The notes beneath the pieces were generated by a model that searched no databases, was not told the DNA's origin, and saw nothing but the letters and a program-made list of their open reading frames with translations. The position numbers were made by a program, and so were the translations under genes. 64,000 nucleotides of DNA. It comes from Eledone cirrhosa (Eukaryota). The DNA lies in assembly GCA_964016885.1 (NCBI GenBank), contig OZ024743.1, positions 311,550,001 through 311,614,000 on the forward strand, in the 5' to 3' direction. Below are positions 56,045 to 64,000 of this stretch, piece by piece. The stretch's first letter is position 1; every line of letters starts with the position of its first letter.

Positions 56045-57749
56045 CTATTTCCGTTTCAATTGTAATGTTAGGCAGATACTGGGAGAGGCAATTTTTATAA
56101 CTCACTGGAAAATTTAAATATTTTTGTGGCATTTCAACGCAAGATTCTCTCTACAAGCAGAAGTAATTCATTCTACAGAAATATCTATGAAAATATTAAA
56201 ATAATTCATTTCCTAATAAAATCTATCCATATAACAATAATTTTTTCAGCTATTTATTTTTTAAAAAGTCTGCTTTTATAATTCATTTTTGCATCAGGAT
56301 TTATTTGTGTTAGCTTCTTTCTCATTTCTTTTTATTTTACTTAAGATTAAATCGACTCCAGTGCGTTACAGGTACTTTATTTTATCGACCCCGTAGGAAT
56401 AAAAGCAAAGCTGACCGTGGCGGGAGATTAGTATTATTCAATATTAAAGTGACATCCGACAACAGTCGATCCATGTATCTGTGGTAAGTTATTTCTGCAA
56501 ATAAATGTAGCCATAGTTTGTTTGGCTCACGGTAGCTATGTCATGCATTCTATTCCACGCACTGTTGCCTCCTTGAGCAAGACATTTTATTTTTCGTTGT
56601 ACCAATTCATGCAGCAGGAAAAAATGAGTTCTACTTACATTTCAAAGCGCCAGCTTTGCCACACAAACTGTGCCACACTGAATCTCCCTGGGAGCCACGT
56701 CAAGTGCACAAGTATCTGTAGAAGGCTCATCCACTTACATATTAATTTTAAGTACTGGCTGTTCCGCTGCTTGAACAACAGGAACACTTGTCGTCGGAAT
56801 CGACTGAGGTTCAATACACACATACACGCACATACGTTATGAAGGTGCGTGGTATAGTAGTTAGGGCGTTAGGTTCACGATTGCATAGCAGTAAATTCGA
56901 TTCCTGGAGGCGTGTTGTGTCTTTATTTCACGTTGTTCCAATTTTCTCAGCTAGAAGAAATAAGCTGTTCCTAATTTAAAGATCCAACCTTGTCACACTC
57001 CCTATCCAATTTAATCTCCCTGAGAACTACGTTAATAATACACGTGTCTGTGAAATGTTCAGCTATATGCCTGTTAATATAAATATATAGCTGAAGTACA
57101 TATAAAAATGAGAAAACTCACCGCTAGAACAGCCGTTAAAACAGTTAAATGCTGTCGAAGACAGCGATGAGCAAAAATACCACAGAGGACAGAGACCAAT
57201 GGCCAGTGGTCAACAGAAAGATAATTCACAAGGTGGGTGACAGGCAGATGAAATATAGAAAATATTGAAAGAGGAGGAAGACAAGGAGAAGTGTGTTGGC
57301 ACATAGAAGTGACTGGAAAAAGGAAATAAAGAAAAGCTATGTACAAGACAAGTTTACACTCTCTCATCAGCTCTGAAAACAAGAAAAATGGTTTCGCACG
57401 AATCTTTTTTATCCAACCATGACCAGCTTGTCTTATAAACGTATATCTAGTATTAGATTATTCAGCTTCCCTTTGAAATAATAGATGGCATTTGGCTGAT
57501 ATTTCCAACAGTTTCGGAACCATGTAAAAAATCCCCCTTCAAATGAAAATAAAATGCATTAACAAGAATAACTTCCATCTATATGACAAATATCAACATC
57601 TACTTTAAACACTAAAATAGCTTCTTCAGATATTTTCTAAATATCAGACAGATGACAATTTAAAAAAAAGACATGGAATTAAAATAAACAAATGGTGGCT
57701 GAGTAATGTTCTAAATGTGTTGCATTATGTTGCTTGAAAGAAAGATTGT

Positions 57750-57978
57750 TTAACCTTTTAGCGTTTACATTAATCGATATTTACTATTATATTTTTATGG
57801 TAAAGCTTTAACCTCACGTAATTTCCTCACATAATATCGAGTCTATGAGATTTTGATATTATTTATTTTGAGAACAATACATTAACATCAATATGAGCAG
57901 CCAGTTACAGCCGATTTGAAGAGTAAGAGGCGAGAGAAATCTGGCCTGATACGGCTGGTTTAAATGCTAAAGGGTTAA
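57750..57978. mobile_element. piggyBac-like MITE with TTAA target sites
   Basis: TTAA-ccttttagcgttta ... taaatgctaaaggg-TTAA (12/14-nt TIR match). Confidence 0.7.
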
Positions 57979-58544
57979 GAGCTGGCAGAGAAATTTCACG
58001 TTCAATTTCTGTTGTGGTGAAGGACAGGTAACACTACCATAATTCCTAGGTTTAAAGAACTGTTTAAATCAGTCATAGGAAAACTGCGGCCCACGAGCCG
58101 CAAGCGACCTGCTTGGTTTTCTGAATGGCACACCTAATTTCGAAATTGCCTTGAATTTTATGGTAGTGTGGCCAACCTTATGATGAGCCACATCCTAGCA
58201 TTGAAAGCAAAAATTACATTTTAATAGAAAAATATAATTTTACCTACAAACACGTGCTTATACCGCCAATTCGTTTGACAAAGAAAATAGGTTAATTAAG
58301 ATAATTAATTAGCAAATTGAGACGTAAAAACTCATCGGTAAGCGTTAGTCTTAAAACATACATTACAGCTTTTACAAGAAATTTTAAGTGAATTAAGTTG
58401 TGTTGGTATATAACGTCTAATCAGCAAAGGCTATCTCAGTAAACAGACACGCTTTTATATAACAACAAACTCTAGAATATAGCAAAATATTGATGTGAAT
58501 CAGCAGCAGTATTTGATTAAAGAAAATTAAAGAGAAAAATCTAC

Positions 58545-59165
58545 CTGTATTCCACTGAATCTTTGAAGGGTTAATAATCAATGTGATGTCATTGTTAATT
58601 TGCTGCCAGCTTCCAATATTAAGATATTCTAATTTCCCAATCGATTCATAGAACTTCATTGTTATTATAGTGTAGTGAGCGTTTACTTCTTGTCCATAAC
58701 TGTCAAATTGGATAGGGACTGCGGAAAAACCTTTGAAGCTAATCTTTTTGAAATTCTGGAGAAGTTCTGAGTAGGTAATTGTAGATGTCGACATGTTTTC
58801 ACAGTTCTTTGATTCTAGAAGATTGTGCAATCCTTTGGCAATAGTGTAAAGTGCGTCGAACATAAACACCCAAATGTAATTTAATGAAACCGGAAAGAAA
58901 TCATTAAATGTGGTTGCATTCTGTGGGAAATCTGAAGTGTTTTCTAATTTTTTCAAAGAACATTCTCCAGTAATTTTAAATTGTTGGCATAAGAAAGGCA
59001 ACAACCATTTGTTACGTTTCGGATGAATCTTCACTGGATGTTCGTCCAATCGTTTAAAAGTGTGTGAATTTAAGGTGACACCTATTATACCTTGCATAAC
59101 GTGTTGTGGTAATGTAAGAAACTCTTCATGGCCTGCCCATGCCTCAGTTGCTATCCATGTTATTC
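58545..59165 (-). CDS. Class C GPCR, penultimate exon (Venus flytrap domain C-terminal part)
   Basis: Acceptor tttctacctag at 59167-59166; ITWIATEAW (compare CaSR WLASEAW), FDALYTIAKGLHNLL, ISFKG..IQFDSYG, IGSW; donor ag/gtagat at 58545, phase 1, compatible with the next exon. Confidence 0.92.
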
Positions 59166-59639
59166 CTAGGTAGAAAGAAAGAGATCAGAAAATATTTCAC
59201 ATAATTCACTGTTGCTATGACATTAAATTTTGTTATGACTAACAAAACCGTTTTATCAATAGAGAATATTGATTTCTTACATAAACACCAGATGGTGGAT
59301 TAAACGAGAAGTGAAAACTAGATAGTTTAAAGTTATAAAGTCTAAAGTCGGTCTCGAGCCCAGAGATTCATCAGGTCGGTTCTTAAACTGGTTTCCGTGG
59401 CGTAAAGCAAGTGAGAGGACACCAGTTTATCGCAGGGTTAACCCCTCCGCCAGCTATGGCTGGTGCTCATTTCCAGCTGAGTATACTGGAGCAACGTGAT
59501 ATGAAGTGTTTTGCTCGCGAACACAACACACAACCCAGTCCAGTCACGACCTTATCATCGTAAGTCCAACACCCGACCCTGATATGAAAATACAATAGCG
59601 ATGAAATCGTTGGTGTTATTCTTTGCAAGCATGTTCAAG

Positions 59640-59915
59640 ACCTCTAGAGTATAGTCAACCCTCTATATAGAGTACTAGGTTTATAATGAAGAACTCTATA
59701 TAGAGTACTAGGTTTATAGTGAAGACCTCTATATAGAGTACAGGGTTTATAGTCAACCTTCTATATAGAGTATTAGGTTTATCGTAAAGACCTCTATATA
59801 GAGTACAGGGTTTATAGTTAAGATCTCTATATAGAGTACAGGGTTTATAGTCAAGGCCTCCATATGGAGTACGGGGTTTATAGTCAAACCTCCACATACA
59901 GTGCAAGGTATATAG
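59640..59915. repeat. ~33-bp minisatellite, about 8 copies
   Basis: ctctatatagagtacagggtttatagt...; 11-aa periodicity in the spurious ORFs. Confidence 0.85.
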
Positions 59916-60046
59916 TAACATTTATAACAATTGGTAATGTATTCCATAGATTTTGTTAACAGGTCAGACATAGGTAAATGAGAATAGGGGAAAATGAGTC
60001 CTGGGAGAGAGTTTTTCTAATAGGTATAAGACTGATCGAAATAATT

Positions 60047-60858
60047 TGCGGCGAATTGGCAAAGTCCAATGTATTGGATCAGGCTCAATGTGATCTGAGT
60101 TCAAATCATACCGAGATCAACTTTGCCATTCATCCTTTCGGCACTAAAATTGATTTCATCGACTTTCCCCACTCCCACCCATAAAAATATTGGCTTTGTT
60201 CTTAAATTAGAAACCATTATATTTAATGCTATTAATATGGCGGAAAGGGTGGTGAATTGGCTGTATCGGTAGAGCATCGGACAGCATGTTTTGCGTCATG
60301 TAGTCACGTCCCTTTTCGTTTGAGTTCAAATACCGCCGAGGTTAGCTTTGCCTTTCATCACTTTGGGGTCGAAAAAAATCGAAATAAAATTTGGAGTCAT
60401 GCTGCCAAAGAAACACGTCACCAGTTGAGGTTATCTTTTGTTTTTATTATTGCCAGTATCGGTAGAGGGTCGGACGCCATGCTTTACAGCAAAGAGTTAC
60501 GGCCCTTTGTGGTCTGAGTTCAAATCCCGCCGAGGTTAACTTTGCCTTTCATCCTTACGGGGTCGATAAAATAAAGTACCAATAACGTACTGGGGTCGAT
60601 TTAATCGACTTTCCTCTCCCCAAAAATTACTGGCCTTGTGCCTATACTAGAAATAATTATTATGGTGGGTGAATTGGCAGTATTGGTAGAGCGTCAGACA
60701 CCATACTCTGCAGCACAGAGTTATGGCCCTTTACGTTCTGAGTTCAAATCCCGCCGTGGTTAGCTTTGCCTTTCATCATTACGGGGTCGATAAAATAAAA
60801 CACCAATAAGGCAGTGGGGTAATTGCTGGCCTTGCGCCAAAATTAAAAACAATTACTA
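60047..60858 (+). mobile_element. Tandem cluster of 4 SINEs
   Basis: B-boxes at ~60095, 60321, 60514 and 60738. Confidence 0.87.
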
Positions 60859-61679
60859 TGGTGGTGACATTGCAAATGAAAAGAGGCAACAGTCTCAACA
60901 GACGGCTACATTATACAGTATCTATTACGATTTACAATGGTTAATTCTACCAAACAGGTTAGATATTTGCAGCTAGCCAACAGGCAGCTCTGCCTGGTTG
61001 CTTTACTAACAGAAAATAGCAGACAATCTCCTTCAAATCTAGCCACAGAGGGAAAACGTTTGGTTAACGTACACAGTGTGTGAAAAAAAAATAGATGAGT
61101 TGGTGATGTGGCTAACAGTTGGTGATGTAGCCAACAGGAAAAACAAGATATTTACGGCTCGTTAGACTGAAGCTTGCAGGGGGGGGGGGGGGGGGGATGT
61201 CTTGGATAATGTCAGAACACAGCTGGTGATTGAATAAAAGAAATACGACAGCAATTCCGCCCAATCGGTGAAAATACTATAATTAATGAAGCAGATGTAG
61301 TGTGGCGTGAAAGACATTGGAAATGAAAACTTGGACAAGTGGGTGGTCTCTCTCTCTATATATATATAAGAGAGTGTGTGTGTGTGTGTGTGTGTCTGTG
61401 TTTGTTGGTTTGTGTATGTGATGTAAGTTTGTATATATGTATGTGACTGTGTATGTATATATATATGTGTGTATGTTTATATGTATGTATGAATATACAC
61501 ACATATATATGCTTACACTATAATGTAGTAACCGATAGCCAATGTAAAACAGAATATGAAGGCTTACCCGCTTACTGCCCTTAGTGTGCGAAGTCAGAGT
61601 CAACCTAGGGCTAAATCTCACACACATACATACATACATACATACTACATACATACATACATACATACATATATACAAT

Positions 61680-64000
61680 CGAAGAAATTTGACACCACTA
61701 TTGTGGAAAATACTATCAATAATGATAATAATCAAAAGTATAATTTCCCCCAACGAAATCTTCCAGAGAGAAATTAATTCATGTATAAATATCTCTCTTA
61801 CTGAACGTATTAAAACAACAATATTTAATAAAAAAAAAAAAAAAACAACAAATAATGAAATATTACGTGTTCTTGAGGAAATAGGGGATGAATATTTACG
61901 ACGGATAAAAACCCCAACATTTTGGCAAATCAACGCCTGTTTATATGCCTAAGCAACGATAGAGAAACATTATCTTGGTGATAGCAGAATTATTAACAGG
62001 AACAAAACACCCCCCAAAATACCATCATATATACCTAAAATATAAAAAAAGATGGCTGACCTACGCAAAAACATAGGATATGTGTCAATGCTCCTTACAT
62101 GTAAACAAGCACAAAAGAACCTCACTCCTCGCCAACAAAGAGTGAAAAATAAAATAGAGACGAATTTTGGTAACAGTAGAACCAGAACTCTTCAATATAA
62201 GCTGATCACCCTCAAACAAGAATTGGGAGTTGTTAGCGAAAAATGCCGATACCTGAAGAAGGTAGATGAAAGAAAAGTGCTTAATAAAAGATTCAGACGA
62301 AACCAAACATCAGTCTATAGAGATATGAAGGGCAAAATAATAAGTGTCACTGAGGCCCCATCCCAGAAAGACATAGATTCCTTTTGGAGCAAAACCAAGA
62401 TGCAGTGAGGCTAAGAGAAATCCGAAAGAACTATTGCTCCTACACTACAACAAAAACATACGAAATAAGTGAGGGTACCCTTGAGACCGTGATAGGAAAA
62501 CTCAAAGATAAGAAAACACCAGGAAGAGACATGATTGTCGGCTACTGGTACAAAAAACTGATATTCTATCGGAGGTATCTTACTGACCTCTACCAACAAG
62601 TTCTCAAGGGAGATACACTTATACCAGAATGGTTGACATTAGCACAAACATTACTGATTCCCAAGAAGAAAGACACCTACTTGGCAAAAACCTACCGACC
62701 CATTGCATGCCAGAACCTGATGTATAAGATGTATACAGCCTACCTGAACCTATTCTTCCAAGATCACTGTGAAAATAATAACATCATCACAGATGAACAA
62801 GCAGCTGGAAAGAAAGGGGTTTGGGGATGTGCTGAACAACTCCTAATCAACAAAACTGCGATGTCGGAGGTGCGACAACTTAGGAGGAATATGGCTACAG
62901 TCTGGCTGGACTACAGGAAAGTTTTCGATTCTGTTCCCCACTCTTGGGTGATAGAGGCCCTCCAACTTGATAAAGTCCCAGACATTATCATCAGAGCCAT
63001 AGAGAAGCTGGCTTCTTCTTGGGCTACTATCCCAAGGTTAAAGACAGAGAGGGAGGACTCTATTTTCACTGATAAAATAAAATGTCGCAGGGATATATTT
63101 CAGGGTATATTCTCTGTGATATTATTCATCCTGTCATTAAATCCCTTGTCGTTTCTGCTCAAGAAATGTGAAGGATACATCATTGGCTCACAGGAGGACA
63201 GAAATGCGAACCTAACCCATAATTTCTTTGTGGATGATCTGAAACTCTATGCCAAGAACATGGATGGGATGAATAAAAATCTTGACCTGGTTACAACGTC
63301 TCAAGGGATAAAGGAATGGAGTTTGGCCAAGATAAATGCTCATACATGACTGTAAAGTGGGGAAAAACAACAATCCAATCTAGCAACATTGTCATCAATG
63401 GCCTAACTGTTTCACCGATATCTGATGAGGACTGCTACAGATACCTGGGGATAGATGAGAACATATCCTATAATGGTATCTGTATTAACGAACGCGTAAC
63501 CAGGTAATACTACACCCGTTTAAGAAAGATTTGGTCATCGGAACTCTCTGTGCAAAACAAAACAGTGGCTCACAATGTGTTTGCTGTGCCTGTCCTAACA
63601 CCAACGTTTGGAATACTCAATTGGACGATAGACGAAATCCGAGCAGTTGTTGTTGGAACTCAAAAAATACTGAACAACACCGGAAACTTCCACATCAACA
63701 GTGACATAGACCGCCTTTACGTGAAACGTAAGCAGGGGGGCAGAGGCCTAACATCAGTCCAGACATTTGAATGTCGCATCATATCTCTCCGACAACATCT
63801 ACGAACCTCGAAGCGTAGGAGGCCGTTTCTCGAGCAAGTCTATCTGCATGAAACAGATAAGATCATGAGAGTTGGGAAGGAACTCCTCGAGAGATATTCC
63901 CTGTGTAATAATCAAAAATTCACAGCCAGGGATGCCGCTCAGCAATATCGCAGTGAATCCATGGATGAAAAACTGCATGCCTCTATCAGCAAAAAATCAT
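61680..64000 (+). pseudogene. R4/Dong-like non-LTR retrotransposon RT, frameshifted, running off the window
   Basis: KTPGRDMIVGYWYKKL, YRPIAC, EQLLINK, WLDYRKVFDSVPHSW, IFQG, FVDDLKLY, YRYLG, and DIDRLYVKRKQGGRGL hand-translated at ~63704-63751; broken into several ORFs. Confidence 0.88.

Overview
Repeat-dominated, AT-rich eukaryotic DNA. An octopus/coleoid cephalopod origin is inferred from the SINE families and dense (TA)n/(CA)n tracts, not proven. The first third is a degenerate GGT-type tract followed by a ~19 kb satellite of 52-bp units that contains a 1,896-bp internal duplication; the giant ORFs there are artefacts. The one confidently supported host gene is the 3' part (two exons, minus strand) of a divergent class C GPCR (CaSR/mGluR-like). 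The rest is decayed mobile DNA: two Penelope-like retroelements (PLEs) of different types, an R4/Dong-like LINE, RTE-like 3' ends, a mariner fragment, hAT- and piggyBac-like MITEs and many tRNA-derived SINEs. The most interesting signal is not visible in the ORF track: between ~23 and 44 kb there is a cluster of type I minimal hammerhead ribozyme (HHR) motifs from several unrelated sequence families, mostly lying beside (TA)n microsatellites. Four have intact cores, one has a U4C variant core and several are damaged. One sits in a non-coding element with a 435-nt repeat period whose 5' end falls within 2 nt of the predicted self-cleavage site, making it a candidate retrozyme or non-autonomous PLE. 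All folds and alignments were done by eye.
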